Positions 21,521-33,639 of a stretch of 43,341 bases of DNA are shown in pieces. The notes below the pieces were generated by a model that saw nothing but the letters and a program-made list of their open reading frames with translations, was not told the origin of the DNA and made no database searches. Source of the stretch: Leucoraja ocellata (taxonomy: Eukaryota); the NCBI GenBank assembly GCA_036785375.1, contig JAWMAR010002088.1, positions 124,001-167,341 on the forward strand. The letters run 5' to 3'. A program made the translations under genes and the position numbers. Within the stretch, counting starts at the first letter, position 1; each line of letters begins with the position of its first letter.

Positions 21521-22045
21521 TACCTTATCAAATGCTTTCTGAAAGTCCAGGTACACTACATCCACTAGCTCTCCCTTGTCCATTTTCTTAGTTACATCTT
21601 CAAAAAATTCCCAAAGATTAATCAAGCATGATTTCCCCTTTGTAAATTCATGCTGACTCGGACCGATCCTGTTACTGCTATCCAAATGTGCGGCTATCTC
21701 ATCTTTTATAATTGACTCTTCCCCACCACGGACGTCAGGCTAACGGGTCTATAATTCCCTGTTTTCTCTCGCCCGCCTTTCATAAAAAGTGGGATAACAT
21801 TAGCTACCCTCCAATCCACAGGAACTGATCCCGAGTCAAAAATTATCAACAATGCATCCATGATTTCTAGAGCCACTTCCTTAAGTATCCTGGGATGCAG
21901 ACCATTAGCCCCTGGGGATTTATCAGCCTTCAGTCCCATCAGTCCATCCAACACCATTTCCTGCGCAATGTGGATTTCCTTCAGTTCCTCTGTCACCCCA
22001 GATCCTCTGGCCACTACTATATCAGGAATATTCTTTGTGTCCTCC
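21521..22045 (-). mobile_element. CR1 family A, piece 2
   Basis: Encodes YLDFQKAFDKV and NYRPVSLTS. It continues gtgggacc(16649)|ttatcaaa. Confidence 0.85.
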
Positions 22046-23580
22046 TGACACTTTTGAGAAATATAAAAGTGGATAAGTCCCCAGGTCCGGACAGGATATT
22101 CCCTAGGACATTGAGGGAAGTTAGTGTAGAAATAGCAGGGGCTATGGCAGAAATCTTTCAAGCGTCATTAGAAACGGGAATAGTGCCGGGGGATTGGCAT
22201 ACTGCGCATGTTGTTCCATTGTTTAAAAAGGGGTCTAAGAGTAAACCTAGCAATTATAGACCTGTTAGTTTGACGTCAGTGGTGGGCAAATTAATGGAAA
22301 TAATACTTAGAGATAATATATATAAGCATCTGGATAAACAGGGTCTGATTAGGAACAGTCAACATGGATTTGTGCCTGGAAGGTCATGTTTGACTAATCT
22401 TCTTGAATTTTTTGAAGATGTTACTTGGGAAATTGATGAGGGTAAAGCAGTGGATGTTGTGTATATGGACTTCAGTAAGCCCTTGTCAAGGTTCCTCATG
22501 GAAGGTTGGTTAAGAAGGTTCAATGGTTGGGTATTAATGGTGGAGTAGCAAGGTGGATTCAACAGTGGCTGAATGGGAGATGCCAGAGAGTAATGGTGGA
22601 TGGTTGTTTGTCAGGTTGGAGGCCAGTGACGAGTGGGGTGTCACAGGGATCTGTGTTGGGTCCACTGTTGTTTGTCATGTACATCAATGATCTGGATGAT
22701 GGTGTGGTAAATTGGATTAGTAAGTATGCAGATGATACTAAGATAGGTGGGGTTGCGGGTAATGAAGTAGAGTTTCAAAGTCTACAGAGAGATTTATGCC
22801 AGTTGGAAGAGTGGGCTGAAAGATGGCAGATGGAGTTTAATGCTTATAAGTGTGAGGTGCTCATCTTGGCAGGACAAATCAAAATAGGACGTACATGGTA
22901 AATGGAATCTCATGTAGATAGGGTGGTAAAGAAAGCTTTTGGTTTGCTGGCCTTTATAAATCAGAGCATTGAGTATAGATGTTGGGATGTGATGTTAAAA
23001 TTGTACAAGGCATTGGTGAGACCAATTCTGGAGTATGGTGTACAATTTTGGTCGCCTAATTATAGGAAGGATGTCAACAAAATAGAGAGAGTGCAGAGGA
23101 GATTTACTAGAATGTTGCCTGGGTTTCAGCAACTAAGTTACAGAGAAAGGTTGAACAAGTTACGGGTTTTATTCTTTGGAGCGCAGAAGGTTAAGGGGGG
23201 ACTTGATAGAGGTTTTTAAAATGATGAGAGGGATAGACAGAGTTGACGTGGAAAAGCTTTTCCCACTGAGAGTAGGGAAGATTCAAACAAGGGGACATGA
23301 CTTGAGAATTAAGGGACTGAAGTTTAGGGGTAACATGAGGAGGAACTTCTTTACTCAGAGAGTGGTGGCTGTGTGGAATGAGCTTCCAGTGAAGGTGGTG
23401 GAGGCAGGTTCGTTTTTATCATTTAAAAATAAATTGGATAGTTATATGGACGGGAAGGGAATGGAAGGTTATGGTCTGAGCGCAGGTATATGGGACTAGG
23501 GGAGAATATGTGTTCGGCACGGACTAGAAGGGTCGAGATGGCATGTTTCCGTGCTGTAATTGTTATATGGTTATATGGTT
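22046..23580 (+). mobile_element. CR1 family B, 5'-truncated, inserted in the family A element
   Basis: RT ORF pieces at 21895-23499 and a tail GTTATATGGTTATATGG at ~23562-23580. Confidence 0.9.
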
Positions 23581-24441
23581 AGTGAAGGCAGATCTAAAGT
23601 ACCTGTTCAACTCATCTGTCATTTCCTTGTTCCCCATAATAAATTCACCTTTTTCGGTCTTCAAGGGTCCAACTTTGGTCTTCATCGTTTTAGTTTTTAT
23701 AATGTCCCTTAATCCCTTGTGAGTCATGGTCGTTCCTTCCTCTCCTTGGAATCTTTCTTCCTCCTAGGAATGAACTGATCCTGCACCTTCTGTATTATTC
23801 CTGGAAACACCTGCCATTTTTGTTCCACTGGCATCTCTGCTAGTGTATCTTTCTAGTCAACTTTGGCCAGCTTCTCCCTCATGGCCCAATAGTCCCCTTT
23901 ACTCAACTGCAACACTGACACCTCCAATCTACTCTTCTCCCTCTCCAATTGTAGATTAAACCTGACCATGTTATGGTCCCTGCCTCCTAATGGCTTGATT
24001 AATTAACCTCAAGGTCCTTTATCAAATCCGGTTCATTACATACCACTAAATCCAGAATTGCCTTCTCCCTGGTAGGGTCCAATACAAGCTGCTCTATGAA
24101 TCCATCACAAAGGCACTCTACAAAATCCTTTTCTTGGGGTCCTATACCAACCTGATTTTCCCAGTCTACCTGCATGTTGAAATCTCCCATAACAACCACA
24201 GCATTACTTTTACTACATGCCAATTGTAATTCCTGATTCAACTTGCACCCTATTTCCAGGCTACTGTTTGGGGGCATGTAGATTAGTCCCATTAGGGTCT
24301 TTTCACACTTACAGTTCCTTAGTTCTATCCATACTGACTCCACGCCTCCTGTTTCAATGTCACCCCTTGCAAGGAACTGAATTTAATTCCTCACCAACAG
24401 GGCAACCCCACCCCCTCTGCCCACCTGTCTGTCTTTTCAAT
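23581..24441 (-). mobile_element. CR1 family A, piece 3 (endonuclease region)
   Basis: ORF 23999-24343 contains ESVWIEL, MGDFN and AILDLV. It continues tgtgtcctcct(22046)|agtgaag. Confidence 0.82.
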
Positions 24442-25389
24442 AACCATATAACCATATAACAATTACAGCACGGAAACAGGCCATCTCGGCCTTACAAGTC
24501 CGTGCCGAACAACCTTTTTTCCCTTAGTCCCACCTGCCTGCACTCATACCATAACCCTCCATTCCCTTCTCATCTATATGCCTATCCAATTTATTTTTAA
24601 ATGATACCAACGAACCTGCCTCCACCACTTCCACTGGAAGCTCATTCCACACCGCTACCACTCTCTGAGTAAAGAAGTTCCCCCTCATATTACCCCTAAA
24701 CTTCTGTCCCTTAATTCTGAAGTCATGTCCTCTTGTTTGAATCTTCCCTATTCTCAAAGGGAAAAGCTTGTCCACATCAACTCTGTCTATCCCTCTCATC
24801 ATTTTAAAGACCTCTATCAAGTCCCCCCTTAACCTTCTGCGCTCCAGAGAATAAAGACCTAACTTATTCAACCTTTCTCTGTAACTAGTTGTTGAAACCC
24901 ACGCAACATTCTAGTAAATCTCCTCTGTACTCTCTCTATTTTGTTGACATCCTTCCTATAATTGGGCGACCAAAATTGTACACCATACTCCAGATTTGGT
25001 CTCACCAATGCCTTGTACAATTTTAACATTACATCCCAGCTTCTATACTCAATGCTCTGATTTATAAAGGCTAGCATACCAAAAGCTTTCTTTACCACCC
25101 TATCTATATGAGATTCCACCTTCAAGGAACTATGCATGGTTATACCCATATCCCTCTGTTCAACTGTATTCTTCAATTCCCTACCATTTACCATGTATGT
25201 CCTATTTTGATTTGTCCTGCCAAGGTGTCGCACCTCACATTTATCAGCATTAAACTCCATCTGCCATCTTTCAGCCCATTCTTCCAAATGGCCAAAATAA
25301 CTCTGTAGACTTTGGAAATCCTCTTCATTATCCACAACACCCCCTATCTTGGTATCATCTGCATACTTACTAATCCAATTTACCACACC
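24442..25389 (-). mobile_element. CR1 family B, 5'-truncated
   Basis: (ACCATATA)n tail on the + strand and RT C-terminal ORFs at 24524-25386. Confidence 0.9.
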
Positions 25390-25555
25390 AATAGGAGGTA
25401 TATCCTTGAATATTCAGTTCCCAGCTCTGGCCCTCATGCAGCCATGACTCAGTAATTCCCACAACATCATACTTGGCAGTTTCTAACTGAGCCTCAAGCT
25501 CATCCACTTTATTCCTTATACGTCGCGCATTCATATACAGTACTTTGACTCTGCA
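25390..25555 (-). mobile_element. CR1 family A, piece 4 (endonuclease N-terminus)
   Basis: Encodes KVLYMNARRIRNKVDELEAQLETAKYDVVGITESWL. Confidence 0.82.
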
Positions 25556-25834
25556 AAGAATCTTCACATAAAGGGCACCAACAAAGTTATAAAGTATCAC
25601 ACACACCAGTTGCTCCTTTGATCTTCCACCTCCCGCCACCCCCTCCCCCATCCGCCCCCACACTATCTATCCCCCTCCACCACCTCCCCTTCCCTCACAC
25701 CACACCCCCTCCCCTCCTCCACTGACATTTTGTTTTTTATTTCACATTTCCAGCATTTGCAGTTATTAATTAGGTTGGACACAGCATGGAAACGGTCCAT
25801 GCCGACCATCGATCATCAATTCATAATTCTGAAG

Positions 25835-26010
25835 TCACTCAGTGGAACAGGCAGCATCTCTGGATAGAAGGTATGGGTGATGTCTGAGGAAGGGTCTCGA
25901 CCCAAAACTATACCTTCTATCCAGAGATGCTGCCTGTCCCGCTGAGTTACTCCAGCATTTTGTGTCTATCTTTGCTGTAAACCAGCATCTGCAGTTCATT
26001 CCTACACATC
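25835..26010. mobile_element. Palindromic Penelope-UTR-derived element
   Basis: ctcagtggaacaggcagcatctctggatagaaggta / taccttctatccagagatgctgcctgtcccgctgag flank tctgaggaagggtctcgaccc. Confidence 0.75.
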
Positions 26011-26277
26011 TACAGTATGTTATCCACATTCTCACCGAAGCTCCGCACTACAACGAGAGTAATTTACAGAGCCCAATTAACCTACAAACCTGCACGTTTA
26101 CAAGATATAGGACAAAACTGGAGCACCTGGAGGAAATATGTGTGGTCACAGGGAGAATGTGTAAACTTGCTCGAGATCAGGATCAAACCTGGATCTCTGC
26201 TACAGCGAGGTATTTCTTTGAGATTTGTTTTATTTACATTGATCACTATCCAAATTTATTGAAATGCATGAACTAAC

Positions 26278-26537
26278 TTGCTGTTTCGTTGTGCCTCCGC
26301 ATCCATTCATCCACTTGCCCTTTGATGATTCCATGGAAACCAGTTTCGGTGAACGTATCTGTTACCCAGTACTTCCGGTCAAATGCAGCCGCCATCCATT
26401 TCTGTCTTGGGACTGCAATGTCCATGTTGTTGCATAATACTGTATCTCACAACCGTCCAGAACACCCACAAAACTATATTCTTCTAGATGAGTACTCCTG
26501 TGGTTCAGGGTGTAGTAATAGATCAGTGTGTGAGGCC
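26278..26537 (-). CDS. MHC class I-like gene, exon 2 (alpha1 domain), frameshifted by a 1-nt deletion near 26432-26433
   Basis: Acceptor ttttatttgtgtctag| and donor |GTTAGT. Translation: GPHTLIYYYTLNHRSTHLEEYSFVGVLDGCEIQYY/(shift)/NNMDIAVPRQKWMAAAFDRKYWVTDTFTETGFHGIIKGQVDEWMRRHNETA. It shows the class I alpha1 hallmarks H3, Y7, VGxLD, PRxxWM, YW and the N86 glycosylation sequon (NET). Length is 260 nt, one short of 87 codons. Confidence 0.92.
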
Positions 26538-26892
26538 CTAGACACAAATAAAATACAATTATTGTCTAGTAATGGAAATATCTATGGATAGGAAAGGTTT
26601 GGAGGGAAATCGGCAAAACACCAATCAGATTTACATTGCACTAAACATGACACCCTTTACCCTCTATCTATCGATTGTGAACGGCTTCATTGCAATGTAG
26701 TCTTTTCACTGACTGGATAGCACACAAGAAATATTTTCACTGGAAAACAGTACGCGTCACATTAATAATAAATTAAATTAAGCTAAAATGTAGGTAGGTG
26801 GGTCAAGAATATTTGGGGCATCTTGGCCAGCATAGATAAGCTGGGCTGAAGGGCCTGTTTATATGTTGTATATGATTCTAAATGTCAAGCTT

Positions 26893-27200
26893 ACTTAGAT
26901 TATTTTAGTTTAGAGATACAGAGTGGAAACAGGCCCTTCGGCACAACGAGTCGGCACAAATCCAGCACATTAACACTATCCTACACACGAAGGACAATTT
27001 ACATTTATTTCAAGCCTATTAACCAACAAACCTGAACGTCGTTGGAGTGTGGGAGGAAACTGGACATCTTGGAGAAAACCCACACTGGTCATGGGGAGAA
27101 CGTACAAACTCCCTACAAACAGCACCCTTAGTCAGGATCGGACCCGGGGCTCTGGCACTTTAAGGCAGCAACTCTATCACTGCCCCATCGTGCCGCCCGC
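26893..27200 (-). mobile_element. HE1-like V-SINE
   Basis: tttagtttagagatacag...gtcaggatcggacccgg...ggcagcaactcta. Confidence 0.82.
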
Positions 27201-27654
27201 CCTAACCAATCAACATGTGGAAATAATATGATATTCAGATATTCCACCCACAAAGGTAAGTCATGGCAGTTATTTGGTTCACAGGCCACCATACATTACT
27301 CCGTGTGTCGTTAAAGAGTAACATTTAGGGGTAGGTATTGGAAATATCAGGAAGATAAAAAGAGATCAGGTACCAAAAGGGTTAGCATGGACTTGGTGGG
27401 TCAAAGGGCTTGTTTCTGTGCTGCACATTCAACTATTTGCATCACATCGTAACCTTCATAAGTCGTAACCTTCAGTTGATTAGTCTAACAAGGATTCATC
27501 CACTGGTGTGTCAGACAGTGTGTATTTCGCTGTTGGTTTCTGTCGTCGTCAAACATGTTGAGAGAACTGGTCGCCCGACGCGTCACAGAGTGCATCGTGT
27601 CGTCGGTTCCGGGGATCGCCACGAGGAGGCTTCTGTCATGATCCCTCCTATTTC

Positions 27655-28266
27655 AGTATAGGAGCAGGGAGGTTCTACTGCAGTTGTAAAGGGGGTTAGT
27701 GAGACCACACCTGGAGTATTGCGTACAGTTTTGGTCTCCTAATCTGAGGAAAGACGTTCTTGCCATAAAGGGAGTACAGAGAAGGTTCATCAGACTGATT
27801 CCTGGGATGTCAGGACTTTCATATGAAGAAAGACTGGACAGACGCGGCTTGTACTCGCTAGAATTTGGAAGATTGAGGGGTATCTTAAAGAAACTTACAA
27901 AATTCTTAAGGGGTTGGACAGGCTAGATGCAGGAAGATTGTTCCTGGTGTTGGGGAAGTCCAGAACAAGAGGTCACAGTTTAAGGATAAGGGGGAAATCT
28001 GTTAGGACCGAGATGAGAAAAACATTTTTCACACAGAGAGTGGTGAATCTCTGGAATTCTCTGGCACAGAGGTAGTTGAGGCCAGTTCATTGGCTACATC
28101 TAAGAGGGAGTTAGATGTGGCCCTTGTGGCTAAAGGGATCAGGGGGTATGGAGAGAAGGCAGGTACAGGATGTTGAGTTGGATGATCAGCCATGATCATA
28201 TTGAATGGCGGAGCAAGCTCGAAGGGCCGAATGGCCTACTCCTGAACCTATTTTCTATGTTTCTAA
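27655..28266 (+). mobile_element. CR1 family A 3' end
   Basis: Encodes RPHLEYCVQFWSPNLRKD, followed by a 3' UTR ending cctattttctatgtttcta. Confidence 0.87.
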
Positions 28267-28269
28267 ACA

Positions 28270-28550
28270 AGGGTGATAGTGGAACAGAGGTAGAGTTACT
28301 GCCTTAGAGTTCAAAAGACAGCCAGGTTCAATCCTGACCATGGGTGCTGTCTGCATGCAGTTTTTACATTCTACCTGTGGGTTTTCCCTGGGTGCTCCAG
28401 TTTCCTCCCACACTCCAAAGCCGAGTTTGTAGTTTAATAGGCTTTGGTAAAGATTGTAAATTGTTGCTGGTCTATAGGATATTGCTACTGTACAGGTATC
28501 GCTGTTCAGCATGGTGGGTTGAAGAGCCTGTTCCCATGCTATATCTCTAT
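28270..28550 (+). mobile_element. HE1-like V-SINE
   Basis: ggtagagttactgcc, ggttcaatcc (B box) and the V-core. Confidence 0.78.
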
Positions 28551-28878
28551 GTCATCTTGAGCTGCAATATACAGTAGGCTGTTGAAATCGGCTTGCACCA
28601 TGGCAGTACATCAAGAGCAGACTCTAAAAATATCAATGTAACATTTAACTTCTGTTTTGATATGACCTCCTGGTGACTTTCTGATAGTTCACCACATCAC
28701 CACATCCTCCTTTGTTCCCCTATCATCTCACTGGAGAGGCCCCACATTCACACTTCCTCAAATACCACAGATTTCCTGCTAGACTAGTTATTCAACTATT
28801 TACTCCCACAGTCTGCTCTGTGAACATGCAGAAATTAACATCACAAACAATCAGGATTGAACAGCTCATTATCAACCT

Positions 28879-29160
28879 TAGACACAAAGTGCTAAAGTAA
28901 CTCAGCGAGACCGGCAGCATCTCTGGAAAAAAAGGCTGGATGACACTTCGGGTCAAGACCCTACTTCAGTCTCAAGCAGGGTTAGTCTGAAGAAGTGTCC
29001 CAACCCGACACATCAGACTGAAGAAGGTTTCCAACCTGAAGCTTCACCCAGCATCACTTATCCTTTTTCTACAGAGATGCTGTTTGACCCGTTGAGTTAC
29101 TCCAGCATTTTGTGACTCTCTTTGGTACTAGCAGCATCTGCAATTTGTTGTTTCTACATC
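28879..29160. mobile_element. Palindromic Penelope-UTR-derived element with three degenerate hammerhead-like motifs
   Basis: Inverted arms gacacaaagtgct..agtaactcagcg / gttgagttactccagcattttgtg. CTGAAG motifs at ~28940-28970 (-), ~28987 and ~29018 (+). Confidence 0.72.
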
Positions 29161-29237
29161 ATTATCTATCTCTTTGAGAAAGCTTTCCCATAGAATTTGC
29201 CCCCTAACAAAATAAGATCACACAAAGTTACCAATAA

Positions 29238-29553
29238 GGGAGGCACGATGCACAGCGGTAGAGTTGCTGCCTCCCAGTGTTTGCAGTGCCAGAGTCCCAG
29301 TTTCAATCCTGACTATGGGTGCTCTCTGTACGGAGTTAGTACGTTCTCCCCGTGACCTGCGTGGATTTTCGCCGAGATCTTTAATTTACTCCTACACTCC
29401 AAAGACGTGCAGGAATGTAGGTTAATTCACTTGATGCATGTGTAAAATTGCCCCTCATGTGCATAGGACAGTGTTGGTGTGCGGGGTAGTCGCTGGTCAG
29501 TGCAGACTCGGTGGGCTGAAGGGCCTGTTTCCGTGCTGTATAGCTAAACTAAA
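29238..29553 (+). mobile_element. HE1-like V-SINE
   Basis: Head, core cggagttagtacgttctccccgtgacc, and tail gggcctgtttccgtgctgta..ctaaactaaa shared with the CR1 3' end. Confidence 0.85.
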
Positions 29554-30033
29554 ACAAATGAAAGAACCTATTTTACATATGTCACTTCCTTTGGTTCAGG
29601 CAGTGTTCTCTCTGGTGTAGACTGCCTGATAGTAATTTTCAGTGCTTATTCTGGTGAATAGAGATAGCAACATGAAAACCACAGAAATAATCTTAAAATA
29701 AACGGAATCATGCAGCATATGAACAGGCCCATTTGCCCAATCTTGTTTATGCTGACCGAGATGTTTATCTACAATTACATGAATTACGCCCTTATCCCTC
29801 CCTGACTTTCCTACCAAAAGTCCAAATGCTTTAAACATTGTGATTATCTCTGCCTCTATCATCTCCCCTGCAGCTCATTCCAGATAACTACTGTGGTGAG
29901 AAACATCTGCTCACATCCCCTTGACATTTCTCCCCCATCACCTTAAACCTCCAGTTCTAGTCTCCACTGTAATAGAAAGCTGAAAAAGAGAGGTGGGGCT
30001 GGGACAAAGCCTGGCAAGTGATACAGGTGATAA

Positions 30034-30472
30034 GACCATAAAATGCTGGAGTAACTCAGTGGGTCAGGCAGCATCTCTGGAGAGAAGGAATGGGTGCCTT
30101 TTCAGGTCGAGATTCTTCTTCAGACTACTTGAGGATAAGGGAAACAAGAGGTATAGACAATGATGTCGAGAGATAAAGAAGAATGAATGAAAGATATGCA
30201 AAAATGTAATGATAATAAGGGAAACAGGCCATTGTAAGCTATTTGTTGGGTGGAAGCAAGAAGCTGGTCCGACTTGAGAACAGATTTTGATAAGTAGATG
30301 GGTGGAGTAAGTGGCAACGGCAAGAGGTGAAAAGGTTACAAAGGGTCTGAAGAAGGGTCTCGACCAGAAACGTCCCATTCCTTCTATCCAGAGATACTGC
30401 CTGTCCCGCTGAGTTACTCCAGCTTTTTGTGTCTATCTTTGGTTTAAACCGCATCTGCAGTTCCTCCTTACA
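30034..30472. mobile_element. Palindromic non-autonomous Penelope-UTR-derived element with a hammerhead-like motif in each arm
   Basis: ~90-bp inverted arms at 30034-30125 and 30345-30433. CTGAAGAAGGGTCTCGACCAGAAACGTC at 30347-30374. Confidence 0.8.
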
Positions 30473-30474
30473 CA

Positions 30475-31025
30475 AGAGACAAATGGCGTCAGGTAAGGAG
30501 ATAAGAGGAGTGAAATCTAAAGCCAGATGAAGGGCCATAGGTGGAACGAGACAGTGGGGGGGGGGGGGGGGGGGGGGGAGGAGAAAGATTGGGGATAAAA
30601 GTGCAATGAGAGAATTGAGGAAGGTAGATGCATAAACAAAGGGGAAAGGAACTGAGTGATTGGGAGGGTGGGTGTTAGTGGGAGAAATAGGCGCACATCA
30701 GGGTGGACAGGAAATAATGGGTGTTGGGGGGGTGGGGGGGGGCGGGGCGGGGAGGAAGGGGAGGGTATTGCCTCAAGTTGAACAATTCAATGTCCATAAC
30801 ATTGGACTGTAAGCTATCCAAGTAGAACATGAAGTGCTGTTCCTCCAGATTGCATGTGTCCTCACTCTGGCAATGGAAGAAGCTAAAGACAGAAAGGTGG
30901 GTCTGGTACTGGGAAGGGGGTTGGGGGGGAGGGTTGAAAGGGTTAGAGCTGGGAGATCCAGCAGGTGTTGGCAGAAAGAATGCAAGTGCTTTTTAAAATG
31001 GTGGTCCAGTCTATGCCGATGCAAA
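30475..31025 (-). mobile_element. Degenerate Penelope-like 3' end
   Basis: 30773-31024 parallels 13050-13300 (gtgctgttcctcca..ttgc..., ctggcaatgga). Confidence 0.7.
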
Positions 31026-31696
31026 AGAGGCTACTTTGGGACACAGAAAGTGGTAGGTGCTTGGAACACACTCTCAGGAGAGGTGGATGCAGATACTACA
31101 GCACAATATATGTGGATATGCAGACACACACATGAACAGGCAGGAAATAGAGGGCTATAGACCACATGGTAACGTGGAATTAATTTAAATAGGCATCACG
31201 GTCAGCCTAGATCTCACGGACGGAAAATACTGTATGAAAAAGGGTCTCGACCAGAAACATCACCCATTCCTTCCCTCCAGAGAAGCTGCCTGTCCACCGA
31301 GTTACTCCAGCTTTATGTGTCTATCTACTGATTGAACCAGCTTCAGCAGTTCCTTCCTGTACATCCTGCCTGTGCAGCATTGTTCTGTGTTTACACATAG
31401 AGTGTAAATAAAACCTGCCATCCAGTGTGCCATTTAAATCAATTATGAGTGATGTATATTTTTATTCCATGTCATCCTACAAAATACCCCACAAATATAC
31501 CACTCAGTGGCAGCATTCAGTGGATGGTGGCCGAGGCAAGGCAGCTATCAACTAGTTCATAGATTACATTTGTTTTCTTTTGACATTGTCAAGTTACTGA
31601 ACGTTTTCCACAGGAAGTACTTTTTTATGGCCCATTCTAGTGAGAATATTGATGAATGAAAAACAAGAAAACTGTTCTTTTGGACAGCACTATTAT

Positions 31697-32018
31697 GGGG
31701 GTCACGGTGCAGTAGAGGTAGAGCTACTGCCTTACAGCGCCAGCAACCCGGGTTCGATCCTGACTACAGGTGCTGTCTGTACGGAGTTTGCACGTTCTCC
31801 CCGTGACCTGCATGGGTTTTCTCCAAGACCTTCGATTTCCTCCCACACTCCAAAGACGTACAGGTTTGTAGGTTAATGGGCTTTGTGTAAATATTAGATT
31901 GTGTGTCGTGTGTGTGCGTGCGCGCCTGCGTGTGGTAGCGATAGTGCGGTAATCGCTGGCCGGTGCGGACTCGGTGGGCTGAAGGGCCTGTTTCTGCTCT
32001 GTATCTCTGAACTAAACT
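31697..32018 (+). mobile_element. HE1-like V-SINE
   Basis: B box GGTTCGATCC at 31751-31760, V-core and CR1-like tail. Confidence 0.85.
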
Positions 32019-32129
32019 ATTAACGTCTGTACCAAAACACTGAGGAAAATAAAGTCATCGAACACAGAAACTTGTGTCTGTGCGAGTGGTCAAGCACTAA
32101 TCCCACACTAAACTGTTCCAAATGTTGCA

Positions 32130-32450
32130 GGAGTCCAGAACCAGGGGTCAGTTTAAAACTAAGGGGTAGGTTATTGAGAACTGAGATCAGGAAGAACTTT
32201 TTCAACCAGATAGTTGTGAATCTGTGGTATTCTCTGCCACAGAGGGCAGTGGAGACCAATTCATGGGATGTTTTCAAGACAGTTAGATTTAGCTCTTAGG
32301 GCTATTGGAATCAAATCATATGGGGGGGAAGCAGGAACGAGGTAATGATTTTGGATGATCAGCCATGATCATATTGCATAATATGATTCGAAGGGCCGAA
32401 TGGCCTCTTCCTGCACCTAAAGTATTTTCATTGTTTCTTTGTTTCTATGT
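32130..32450 (+). mobile_element. CR1 3' end, degenerate
   Basis: Encodes KNFFNQIVVNLWYSLP, followed by gaagggccgaatggcct. Confidence 0.78.
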
Positions 32451-33078
32451 AAATCTCACATTCCTATTAACTTCCCTCCCTTCTCAATTTTCCCACCACC
32501 CACATTCACTCAGGGAAGATGACCTTCCAGTCAAATAACCTGATCCTACCTCACAAATGTTTATAAACACTTTAAATGTAACCTTGTTAAATGTTTTCTG
32601 AACTGGTGATTAATCTATATCTCCCATTTCCCCTCCCTTCTCATAAATGTACTGTACACTGCACAATGACAATAAAGATCTGATGTACTGTACATACTTC
32701 AGCCGGCATAACTTCACTTTTACACACTCTTCTCTCTGATACATGCACAGCAGGTGAAGAGCACAATTGCTCGAGCCGTGAGGAATGTATTGCTGGAGTC
32801 GACTATCAATATTAATCAGCAAAAGACCCATGTTCTAGGGTATGATTACATTACAAAAACTACCAAATAACCTTTCCGTTTTCAGTAGAAAATAGGATAA
32901 AATAATGGCGTGGTGCTATAAACTTGACACAGAAATAAGACGATGGAAATAATCCAACAGCGTCTGTGGAGATAAATAGAGTTGCAACATTTTAGATTCC
33001 AAATTAAATGATGAAGGTCCAGAATGTGAATTCAGATTTCCTCTCCTTAAGCTTAACATTTTCCAAGGTTTCTGGGTA

Positions 33079-33600
33079 TTTAGTTTGATTTAGAGATACA
33101 GTGCAGAAACAGCCCGCCATTTTCTTGCCGACCAGCGATCCCCGCAAACTATCACATTTCTATGCACACACTTGAGACAATTTAGAATTTTACTAACGCA
33201 ATTGGTATGTCATTGGCGTGTGGGAGGAAACCGGAGTGCCCGGAGGAAACCTGCACCTGTCATGGGATGGGAAGTACGTACATAGAAACATAGAAACATA
33301 GAAATTAGGTGCAGGAGTAGGCCATTCAGCCCTTCGAGCCTGCACCGCCATTCAATATGATCATGGCTGATCATCCAACTCAGTATCCCGTACCTGCCTT
33401 CTCTCCATACCCCCTGATCCCCTTATGCACAAGGGCCACATCTAACTCCCTCTTAAATATAGCCATACGCCATACAGTACAAAAACGTATGGCGTTTGTA
33501 CATATAGTACAAACGCCATACAGACAAAAACCGTAGTCAGGATTGAACCCGGGCCCCTTGCGCTGTAAAGCAGCAACTCTACCGCTGCACCACAGTGCCA
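33079..33600 (-). mobile_element. HE1-like V-SINE (interrupted by CR1 3' end)
   Basis: Tail half at 33079-33270 and head half at 33500-33600. Confidence 0.75.
33280..33463 (-). mobile_element. CR1 family A 3' UTR inserted in a V-SINE
   Basis: (CATAGAAA)3 tail. Nearly identical to 7709-7885. Confidence 0.82.
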
Positions 33601-33639
33601 AACCATGTTTTTAGCATTTCCTGCCGAATCCTAAACTCT

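Noticed and set aside
31697-31770. tRNA gene (A/B boxes)
   Set aside because: It is the tRNA-derived head of a V-SINE, continuing into the V core. No cloverleaf is evident.
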